This document shows positions 27,619-35,956 of a stretch of 64,000 nucleotides of DNA, piece by piece. Source of the stretch: Thermodesulfobacteriota bacterium (lineage in GTDB: Bacteria > Desulfobacterota > Desulfobacteria > Desulfobacterales > C00003060); NCBI GenBank assembly GCA_034189385.1, contig JAXHVD010000002.1, positions 160,001-224,000 of the forward strand. Reading direction: 5' to 3'. Below the pieces are notes generated by a model. That model was not told the DNA's origin, did no database searches, and was given only the letters and a program-made list of their open reading frames with translations. The translations under genes were made by a program, and so were the position numbers. Position 1 is the stretch's first letter; the number at the start of each line of letters is the position of its first letter.

Positions 27619-29958
27619 ATGGCAACACTAAGAATAGCACCTGTTAATAGAATCGAAGGACATATGGATGTCTCGGCCACGACCGATGTGAACAAGGTCG
27701 TCACTCACGTAGACAACGAGGTAGTCATGTTCCGCGGCCTTGAAAATGTCATGGTCAAGCGGGACCCGCGGGACGCACCCATTATCACGCCACGTACCTG
27801 AGGCGTCTGACCGATTACACATGGCTCGGCGAGCCATAAAGCGGTTGGAGAGGCCTATGGGTTCAAGGTGGACTACTCTCACTCAAACACTGGTGGCTAT
27901 CCAGGCGGACCTGCCGATTTTTGGGCAAACAACGCCAGCGGAACGCCCACCATCAACAAACTGTATGAGGATGTTCCGGCCAATGGCGTATTGCTCAGAA
28001 ACCTGGCCATGGCGTCCAACTACCTCATGTCCCACATTCTGCATTTCTACCATCTGGTAGCCTTGGATTATGTGGATGTAAACGGCACGGGGCTGATCCC
28101 GAAAGGGTTCCTCTGCCCGAACTATGACAGTAACTACTACGCCAGGGGGATCGACCCTGTCTTGCAGACAGGCGGTCTCGGAGCGCCGGCGTACACGGTC
28201 AACAATGCCCCTGTGGCGAACCCAAACGTTCCCGCAGGCGTTGCCGGCGATCTCACCCCCTACCTTGCAGGACAGTATGTGCGCGCCTTAAAGGCGCGCC
28301 GGATGGCCCATCAGCTCGGCGCCATCTTTGCGGGCAAGATGCCCCATGCCTCCTGTTTCACACCGGGGTGCGTAACGACTAAGTCGTACGATCCCACGCC
28401 GGGCGGCTCTGACGCTGCCGTGGTGAACAAGGTTCACGAGCTACTCTACGGTGGGCCCGGATTTGACGCGACCGCCCCGGGTGCACTCACCATGTCCAAC
28501 CCCCATCCGGAAAGCCTCATGGGCTTTATCGGAAAGCCCAGCGATTTCTGGAATTGGGCTGCGGACGCCAGTGGATCCACAGGCGGTTTGGGCTTTGGCT
28601 TTGCGCCCGAGTTTCTCCCGCCATGGGCAGCCGCTGGTGCGGCAACCGCAGGACCACTGGCCGGCCTCCTTGGGTCAGGGCCGTGGACACACGGCGGCAC
28701 CTTCATGTTTGATACGGTGGCCGCTGCCCACTGCTTCCCCGAGTACTTCTGGATCGGTTCCGGCTACGGCCGTTACCTGGCCTGGGGGATCTTTGAGGGG
28801 GCAGCCCCAGGGCACCCGGACGAAAGGCTCCTGACCAGGGGTCGGGTCCACACGCCGCTGGCGCCCAATCCTCCGGGGACACCCTACGCATATGACTACA
28901 AGCATCATGGTGCGGACCACTTGAAGGCCAAGGAGTTTACCACAAACTCCTGGTACTATGATCCCGCGGGGATCGACTACGGGCGGCACATGTGGAAGGG
29001 CAAGACCAAGCCGAGGTCCCGTGCGACCAAGCCCAGTGCCTACACCTTTGCCAAGACCCCGCGCTACAAAAACAATGCGAGCACGGCTGCCTGGGAGATT
29101 GCCGATCATCCCAACGCCGCCTATCTTCCCTACGAGGTGGGACCGCTTGCCAGGATGATATCCAATGCCTCTCTGCTGACCACACCGGGCGGCCCAGCCA
29201 CAGCAGGCGAAGTGGTTGCCGTGGACAGCGGGGCCTTTGGGTGTTACTACCCGGGTATCCTCGCAGATGTGGATGCCGTTCTGGCTCCCGCAGGTGTCGG
29301 AGGACCATCGCCCATTGGCGTGTTCCCGGGCAGGGGAGTCAACATGACAGCGCACATCACCTTTCTGGCCGGTGCGGGCGTTTTCTACCTGCCGCCAAAC
29401 GCCTTCTCACCACAGGTATTGGGGAACGGTTTCCACAGCGACTACATGGGCGGTGCCACGCTGGACAGGATCGCGGCCAGGACCCTGGAGACGTACTACG
29501 TGGGGGCGCAGATGCTCAACTGGTTTAACGCCCTTAACCCAGCCGCCCAGTCCAACAAGACCCTGTTCTTTGACTATAGCGGCTTCACGAACAAGACAGC
29601 GCCCAAGAAGGCGAAAGGCGCAGGCCTGACTGAGGCCCCAAGGGGCGCTCTCGGGCACTGGATCAAGATCGGCAAGCCTGACGGGACTTGGAAGGGCAAG
29701 ACGGAAAGGTACCAGATCATCACGCCCACGGCCTGGAACATCAGCCCCAAGGATGCCGTTAATGCGACAGAGAAGACCCTGGGTCTGATGGGTCCCATTG
29801 AAAGGTGCATCTGGGGTACCCCTGTGGTGGCCGAATCAGAGCCGATCGAGGTGTTGAGGATTATCCATTCCTTTGACCCGTGCTGTGCCTGTACGGTCCA
29901 TCTGATGAACCCGAAAAAGGAGAAGGTGGCCGAGGTCACACTCGAAGCCCTCATGTAG
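27619..29958 (+). CDS. [NiFe] hydrogenase large subunit, group 1a (HysA)-like, with two in-frame TGA (putative Sec) in the N-terminal Ni motif; 779 aa
   Basis: Track ORFs 27619-27801 and 27868-29958 share a frame; RIEGH, RDPRDA, R-T-TGA-G-V-TGA-P-I-T-H, SHILHFYHL, EAPRGALGHW, PTAWN, SFDPCCACTVH + 18 aa cleavable tail; AAGGAGG RBS. Confidence 0.9.
27811..27848 (+). promoter_or_regulatory. Putative bacterial SECIS hairpin
   Basis: ATGGCTC-GGC-GAGCCAT (27821-27837), G-first loop 17 nt after the second TGA and 26 nt after the first; lower stem CCGATT/GGTTGG. Confidence 0.75.
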
Positions 29959-30001
29959 GAATCCATTCCAACTGGAAGGGAGTTCCTTATAACCTTAAAA
30001 G

Positions 30002-30033
30002 AAAAGGGGCCATTTTATGGCCCCTTTTCTATT
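30002..30033 (+). terminator. Rho-independent terminator after the large subunit
   Basis: AAAAGGGGCCAT-TTT-ATGGCCCCTTTT. Confidence 0.85.
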
Positions 30034-30167
30034 TGATCTCACAAAGCTGGCGCGACCCGCCCGTTGAGTCCTCGCAAGCCATATCGCCATACCCATTGGA
30101 GACAGCCTGGTGTCCCAAGGAATGACTTACATAATTGGCGAGGTCGCCAAGAACGCCGGGGGGGAAT

Positions 30168-30311
30168 ATCGTAAATCCGAAATTCGAAAATCGAAGCACG
30201 AAACAAATTCGAATGACCAGAATTCCAATGAACGAAAAACTTCACAAACGTTTGAGGACATGATAATATTTAAATTTCTGTCATTGTTTCGGATTTCGTG
30301 CTTCGAGTTTA
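30168..30311. repeat. Imperfect palindrome of 7-mer units (AAATCCG/AAATTCG type)
   Basis: AAATCCGAAATTCGAAAATCGAAGCACGAAAC ... GTTTCGGATTTCGTGCTTCGAGTTT. Confidence 0.65.
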
Positions 30312-30447
30312 ATGTCTTGATGACTCTCCGCAGATCATGGATTACTTCCACGATACTGTTATGACGATGCGTGCGTTTTGGCGGGGAAACTGGTATACTA
30401 TTAATTTTATACTTGGAACGAATCCCCGATGAACAAGGAGGCAATGA

Positions 30448-30918
30448 GTGGAGAGTGATAAGCCTATACTGGTTTTGGGCGTGGGCAACCTGCTGCTGAA
30501 AGACGAAGGGGTGGGCGTCCACGTGGCCCGAAAACTCATGGAGATGGACCTGCCGTCCCATGTGGAGGTCCTGGATGGCGGCACAGGCGGCTTTGATCTG
30601 CTGGATGAGCTCGAAGGGCGCAAAAAGGTGATCGTTGTGGATACGGCGCAGGCGGGAAAGCCTGCCGGGACCATGTATCGCATGACCACAGAGGACATTG
30701 AAAAGACGGAAAAGGCCCGCATCTCTCTCCATGAGATTGACATGACCGATCTGTTGAAGCTGGCCGACCTGTTCAAGATTGAAAAGCCAGAGATCGTGAT
30801 CATCGGCATTGAACCCAAGGACATGGAGAGCGCCAGCACGGAGCTTTCTCCGGAGATCGAGGCCCTCATTCCCAAGGTGATCGACGTTGTGCTCAAGGAA
30901 ATAGGGGTAGATGAGTAG
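30448..30918 (+). CDS. Hydrogenase maturation endopeptidase (HyaD/HybD/HycI family)
   Basis: VLGVGNLLLKDEGVG, DGGT, IVVD, SLH; AAGGAGG + GTG start. Confidence 0.93.
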   Translation: MESDKPILVLGVGNLLLKDEGVGVHVARKLMEMDLPSHVEVLDGGTGGFDLLDELEGRKKVIVVDTAQAGKPAGTMYRMTTEDIEKTEKARISLHEIDMTDLLKLADLFKIEKPEIVIIGIEPKDMESASTELSPEIEALIPKVIDVVLKEIGVDE

Positions 30919-31425
30919 CACAAGTTAGCGCCTCACGGGTTGAAAAGAGGCGCGCCCCCTTATCAACCGTTAGAAATAACACCTAAAAGTGTGCTGGGGT
31001 TGCTAGAAAACGGAAGAACCCTGGTTTGAACCTTTCTGATGCAATGGGAGCCTCGGGAGTATGAAATCCGCTTCTCTTCGGCCTCCAATGCCTTTAGTAG
31101 CTGTGCGAAAATCGATGAGATCGCAAAAAGCACATTTTGCTCGCTCCGTGAGCCTTTTGGGCGCACCCGTAATGTTCGGCTAAAATGCTAAAACTCTCCG
31201 CCGCGGCGGATCAAACAGTTAGCATTTCTTAACGCCAAACATCCCAAGTGCTCTTCTCCCAAAATGCTCAATGTCGTTCGCAAAAGACTTTTTACGAGTT
31301 CATCAAAGATTGGAGGTAGGAATGGCTGTAGGCCTTCGTTCAGCGAATTTCCCCATCCCTCTTTTGCCAAATCCGGGGGGTACAAGTGTTGACAGACCTA
31401 CTATGAGTGGAAACGGGGGGTGGGA
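30919..31425. mobile_element. Family A copy 2, with a different nested insert (31114-31304); right end lost
   Basis: Matches 5026-5050 and 5171-5448; insert ends GATGAGATCGCAAAAAG / CTTTTTACGAGTTCATC. Confidence 0.75.
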
Positions 31426-31432
31426 CAGGTGA

Positions 31433-31527
31433 GTAAGTAGTTTTCCCGCCCAGAAACCGGGTATTTTCTGGGCCAGGATAGGTGATTTCCGCAATTGCGT
31501 CCTCGTACGGTTCTATGGTTCTATAAT
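31433..31527 (+). promoter_or_regulatory. Three-box operator + promoter, copy 5
   Basis: Boxes at 31433/31456/31478, TTGCGT 31495. Confidence 0.6.
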
Positions 31528-31580
31528 GATGGGACAGGGGCGCGAAGCGGGGCCGAGTTCGGTTATCAAAGGAGAAGCCA

Positions 31581-32528
31581 ATGATTTTGTTGAGGCGCAT
31601 CTTCAGTAATAGGGGAATCATCAGGTCAAAATTGGCCTGGTTGCTTGTGGTGTTGTGTGTGGTGACCGTTCTTGTTCTTGTGAGATGGCCCAAGGAAACA
31701 AGAAAGGAATCCATAAAAACTGCATCAGTTGAAGAAGCCCAAGAAGAGGTTGTTGCTAAAGTCGCTGTGGAGGAACAAGAAACACTGCGAGAGGATCCGT
31801 TACCTGAGAAGTGGCCACAGAAAGAACCCGAAGAAGTAGAAATGGATGTGGTAATGACTTTACAAGGAGTTGTAACAAACAGTGATCCTTGCATTCAGCT
31901 CCTTACTGTGGAGGGCTTTGATTTTGATACGGGACCTCTTGACGTGAGCGGTATTCGGGCCGGCGATGTCGTGAAAGCCCACTATGTTGAGAAAAGGCTA
32001 GGTCGGCGAAAGACCAATGTCTTGAAGTCGGTGGAATTCATTGCTGCTTCAGAGCAGAGTACTGCCCAGAGGGTCATACCCCAACGTGAAGAAGCGCCAT
32101 TCAGAGCCGTGGCGGAACAAGAAGAAAATGAGGAATTCATGGAAGAAGAACCGCTACCCGAACCAGAGAAAACACTGGCAACGAGGGAACTCGCCGGGAA
32201 AGAACGATTTAATGGGCAGCATAAAGAAATAGCGGGGCCGGAATCCACTCAAGAGGGACGGCCTGAGGGAGAGAAGGAATTCGCTGAAGCTGAAGAAGAA
32301 ATGTTAGAGGAGGAAGAGCAGGAAACAGACGTCACAAACACCATGGCAGGCCGGGTGACCGCTTGTGACCATTGTTTTCAGCTGATTACGGTAGGGGGCC
32401 TCGACTTCGACGGGGGGCGCCTTGACGTAAGCGGCATTCGGCCCGGCGATTATGTGGAAATAGCATATACAGAAAAGCCGTCTGGCAAGGTGATAAAATC
32501 TATTGTGGTCATTGAAAGTAACCATTGA
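31581..32528 (+). CDS. Membrane-anchored Glu-rich protein with two repeated small beta domains (DUF5666/OB-like)
   Basis: N-terminal TM; GVVT..DPCIQLLTVEGFDFD...LDVSGIRAGD and GRVT..DHCFQLITVGGLDFD...LDVSGIRPGD. Confidence 0.75.
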   Translation: MILLRRIFSNRGIIRSKLAWLLVVLCVVTVLVLVRWPKETRKESIKTASVEEAQEEVVAKVAVEEQETLREDPLPEKWPQKEPEEVEMDVVMTLQGVVTNSDPCIQLLTVEGFDFDTGPLDVSGIRAGDVVKAHYVEKRLGRRKTNVLKSVEFIAASEQSTAQRVIPQREEAPFRAVAEQEENEEFMEEEPLPEPEKTLATRELAGKERFNGQHKEIAGPESTQEGRPEGEKEFAEAEEEMLEEEEQETDVTNTMAGRVTACDHCFQLITVGGLDFDGGRLDVSGIRPGDYVEIAYTEKPSGKVIKSIVVIESNH

Positions 32529-32582
32529 GCTCACCCCCAAACTCGTCGTACTTATCTAAAACCAACCTAGCAGTCCTTTTGG

Positions 32583-32673
32583 ATTAGTAGAAGTCCCACG
32601 TAAAAATCAGGTCTTTCCAACTGCGAAATCCGTAATTCCCTGAATTGTTTCTTGGGAGCATCCGGGCTAAAAG
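32583..32673 (+). promoter_or_regulatory. Three-box operator + promoter, copy 6 (before large cytochrome)
   Basis: Boxes at 32583/32606/32628, TTGTTT 32645. Confidence 0.65.
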
Positions 32674-32809
32674 CTTAAAAGGCTAGAAAAGTGCGCTGAA
32701 TCGGCGCCTTGGCCTGTGGTTTTAATGCTCCGCGGTGTGAGTTGCGGAGGCAGCTGATGGGGTTAAACCTAACCAACCGGAATCGCTGAACGCAGAGGGA
32801 ATATCCCCA

Positions 32810-35740
32810 ATGCCCATATCCAGCAACTGGAAGAAGCATCTTTCGGTTCTTTTGCTCACGTTGACCGTGTTCGTCTTTGTGGGTGGTCGTACTCTCCTAC
32901 TGGCCGACGAGAACGATGCCCCCCACCAGACCCATCTGACCCTTGCCAGGGGCCCTGGCCTTGGAACAATTTGTACGCCTTGCCACACTGCCTCTCCTGG
33001 CATCTATGAGAATATCCGTTCCCCTTTGGCAGCTGCTTGCGTCACCTGCCACAGCCCTGGCGGACCATTTGATGGAGTGAATGACAGCGCTGTGGGCGCA
33101 GTGAACAATTGGGACAACTTGGGCGATCCAGGCGATGCTGCCGATTCCCTGATCTATGCATCATTTTATCCAGTAGATGTCAAACTGAAATCAGGAAAAG
33201 AAAAATGGTGTGCCACCTGTCACGATCAATCGGCCATGGGGGCGAACGTGATGGAGGAGTTCGAGGGATACGCAGACGACGCCGGCCTCCAGAGTAAATG
33301 GAAAGGCAAACAAGCTGCTCGCCCCGTGCAGTTGTGGTCTTACGTGCCGGACGAGCTGGGTGATTATGAGCTCGGCATCAGCGGCCAGTTTATGCGCGTA
33401 AAACTCAAGTGGGACGGATCGGCCACCTATGGCTTGGTGAAAAGAAACTTTGCCGGCTCGCCTGAGGACCCTTATTTAGATCTAGGCGGTAAGGACTACT
33501 TCGGGTTTTACATGAAGGTGGAGAACAAGGGCAAGATCAAGAAGCTTAAGGTGAAGCTGAAGCTGATGGGGCAACTTACCTGGTGTACGGCCAAGTTTAA
33601 GGTGGACGCGGCAAGCGGCTTTGTGAATGACGTGTGGCATCTGGTCTTACTGCCCAGGGCGAGTTTTGACAACGACGCCTGTTTTGATGGGCTGGTAGAC
33701 AAGATGAAGCTCGTTATCCTGGAGGGAAACCCTGGTGCGCCACCTGCGGTCACCTCTGTGTACTTTGATGCCTTTGGCTGTGACTTCACCGGAGCAAACG
33801 TGATAGGCGATAATGAGACCTACGGTTACTACAAGACAGGACACAAAGTCAACTGCACCCGCTGTCACGATCCCAGCAGCAAGCATATCGATGGCAACAG
33901 GCGCCATGTCTTTGGATATATCAAGAAGAACGCAAATCCCACCAACTTCAGGTTTTATCCTGATCCTGCCAAACAGATGCAGCTTCCTTATACGGAATAT
34001 ATTCCAGGGGCAGAGGGCTCCTTTGCCCTGTGCTATGGGTGCCATTTTGAGGAAAAGCTCATGGCGAACGAACCGGCAGAAAACCTGGAGACCAATTTTA
34101 CGGATGTAGGTTTCATCGCCGACGGGGCCCCTGATAATTTGCACTTATACCATGTAGGAGGGGAGCGCTATCCTGAAATCTCTGACCTAGAGGCCATCGT
34201 GTATCACGGCACATGCGTCCTTTGCCATGACCCCCATGGGCTGTTGAACCCAGCCATGGCCCGCAGAGAGATGGGCAATTTCATCTATTTTGACCAGAAT
34301 GGATGCGAAGTTGCCAAAGAGGAGTGGCATAACCCTGATGTAAATATGGGCGGTGCCCAGACAGAGGGATACGCCACCTATGAGCCTTTATGCTCTGAAG
34401 TTTGCCATATCAACGGGGTGCCACCGAATCCCGACTGCCAAGGGACCCATCCCTATATCAACTCTATGGGGATGGATGGGTGGTATACGCGGGGGTATGA
34501 AAGAGTCCCTCACAAACCAGGAACGGAGTTTGATCTTGACTGTTTTTTCTGCCACACGGCTGGACCTTCCCATGCTACCCACATCCAGACCAATCCAAAG
34601 GGGCCAGCGCCCCTGGCCTGTGAAGACTGCCACCTTATAAACGAAGAAACCGTTTTTCAGATGGACAGGATGGTCCAACTGGATGTCTGCAACCCCTGCC
34701 ATAGCCCTGATGGTGCCTTTGATGGGCTAGATGACACGGAGTTTGGAGCAATAAACAACTGGGATAACGGCGTCTACGACTACGAGTCCGGCGGGAACAG
34801 CTTCAGGCCTGGAAAAGAGCAGTGGTGTGTGAGCTGCCATGACGATGGCACCTCCCTTTGCGACGGTGTGAGCGCTCCTGATGTGGGCATCTTCTACACC
34901 GGTGGTCACGGGAGACCCGGTGCCAGCGTGGAATGTCTGAGCTGCCATGATGCGACACGCACCCACATCGATGGAGAGGCCAGGACATACGCCTTTGACT
35001 CCCCATCCTATGATCCCGGTCTATCTGGTGTCACATACGCCTCGGGCTATCGGCTGCTGTATGTGGGTGGGAACGTCCCGCTCATGATCCCGGCTGACGT
35101 GACGATTACTTTTGACTGCACGAGTCAAGCCATCAAAGATAACGCCTTTAAGCTGTGCTTCAACTGTCATGATTCGTACAAGTTGTTCGATAACACCCCT
35201 GGAGACGGCCTGGATACCAACTTCAAGCCGAGTCTGCCCGATCCTCCAATGGGTTACTCCTATGCCTATGGCAGTGAGTGGGACAACAATCACCGCGCCC
35301 ACCTGTTGAGCTTTGCCGGGCCATACTGGGATTCAGATTGGGACACTGGCACCATTGGCGGAACGGGCGCTGACGGACGCGAGTCTATGATCACGTGCTC
35401 CTCCTGTCACAATGTCCACGGCGCTGCTGCTGCCCAGGCAGGCTGGACCAATGAGGCCATGATCAGGGACGGAAGCCTCGCAGGAAGGACCGGATATGGC
35501 TTCAGCTACGTGGTTGAGGATGTGGCGAGCGGCGGCTACCCTATGGTGACCTCCACCGGTGCCACTCAGGCAAACAGCGTTGGTGCTGTGTTCAGAAACA
35601 ATACGGACAACATGTGCGGAGGGTCCTATTGTCACGATAGTCCCACTTCACCGCCTGGCAGCAGTTATGATGCCACGGGCATTGGCTGGGGGACCTATCT
35701 AGAATACTACCGGCCCTGGCAGGACTATTTGGGAAATTAA
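32810..35740 (+). CDS. Exported multiheme cytochrome c (13 CxxCH + one Cx3CH + one Cx4CH)
   Basis: Signal peptide; heme motifs counted in translation; internal duplicated heme module. Confidence 0.92.
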   Translation: MPISSNWKKHLSVLLLTLTVFVFVGGRTLLLADENDAPHQTHLTLARGPGLGTICTPCHTASPGIYENIRSPLAAACVTCHSPGGPFDGVNDSAVGAVNNWDNLGDPGDAADSLIYASFYPVDVKLKSGKEKWCATCHDQSAMGANVMEEFEGYADDAGLQSKWKGKQAARPVQLWSYVPDELGDYELGISGQFMRVKLKWDGSATYGLVKRNFAGSPEDPYLDLGGKDYFGFYMKVENKGKIKKLKVKLKLMGQLTWCTAKFKVDAASGFVNDVWHLVLLPRASFDNDACFDGLVDKMKLVILEGNPGAPPAVTSVYFDAFGCDFTGANVIGDNETYGYYKTGHKVNCTRCHDPSSKHIDGNRRHVFGYIKKNANPTNFRFYPDPAKQMQLPYTEYIPGAEGSFALCYGCHFEEKLMANEPAENLETNFTDVGFIADGAPDNLHLYHVGGERYPEISDLEAIVYHGTCVLCHDPHGLLNPAMARREMGNFIYFDQNGCEVAKEEWHNPDVNMGGAQTEGYATYEPLCSEVCHINGVPPNPDCQGTHPYINSMGMDGWYTRGYERVPHKPGTEFDLDCFFCHTAGPSHATHIQTNPKGPAPLACEDCHLINEETVFQMDRMVQLDVCNPCHSPDGAFDGLDDTEFGAINNWDNGVYDYESGGNSFRPGKEQWCVSCHDDGTSLCDGVSAPDVGIFYTGGHGRPGASVECLSCHDATRTHIDGEARTYAFDSPSYDPGLSGVTYASGYRLLYVGGNVPLMIPADVTITFDCTSQAIKDNAFKLCFNCHDSYKLFDNTPGDGLDTNFKPSLPDPPMGYSYAYGSEWDNNHRAHLLSFAGPYWDSDWDTGTIGGTGADGRESMITCSSCHNVHGAAAAQAGWTNEAMIRDGSLAGRTGYGFSYVVEDVASGGYPMVTSTGATQANSVGAVFRNNTDNMCGGSYCHDSPTSPPGSSYDATGIGWGTYLEYYRPWQDYLGN

Positions 35741-35790
35741 CGCGACAAGGAGTATTTAGGCATAGTCGCTTAATGGCAGAGATACATAAT

Positions 35791-35933
35791 TCACCGCAAA
35801 GGCGCAAAGAGCACAGAGTCTATTTTGCTTTATGTTTTCCGCTGAGACGGCGGAAAACATAAGAAGCCATCGCCTATGGCGAATGTCTTGGCGTTCTTTG
35901 CGTCTCAAGCGAGTGCATGCGAGCGGGCGGTGA
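35791..35933. repeat. REP-like palindromic element, family C
   Basis: TCACCGCAAAGGCGCAAAGA...TATGTTTTCCGC-TGAGACG-GCGGAAAACATA...TTCTTTGCGTC...GAGCGGGCGGTGA. Confidence 0.65.
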
Positions 35934-35956
35934 GTCTATGTCTGAAAAGAGAGTTT

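Noticed and set aside
27619..27867. Hydrogenase large subunit as a pseudogene or as two genes (60 aa + 696 aa)
   Set aside because: Same frame, stops only at the two ligand Cys codons, SECIS-like hairpin, intact remainder and complete maturation set
35876..35956. Track start of the first octaheme gene
   Set aside because: Extension lies in a REP-like repeat; the paralog and signal peptide support a later ATG
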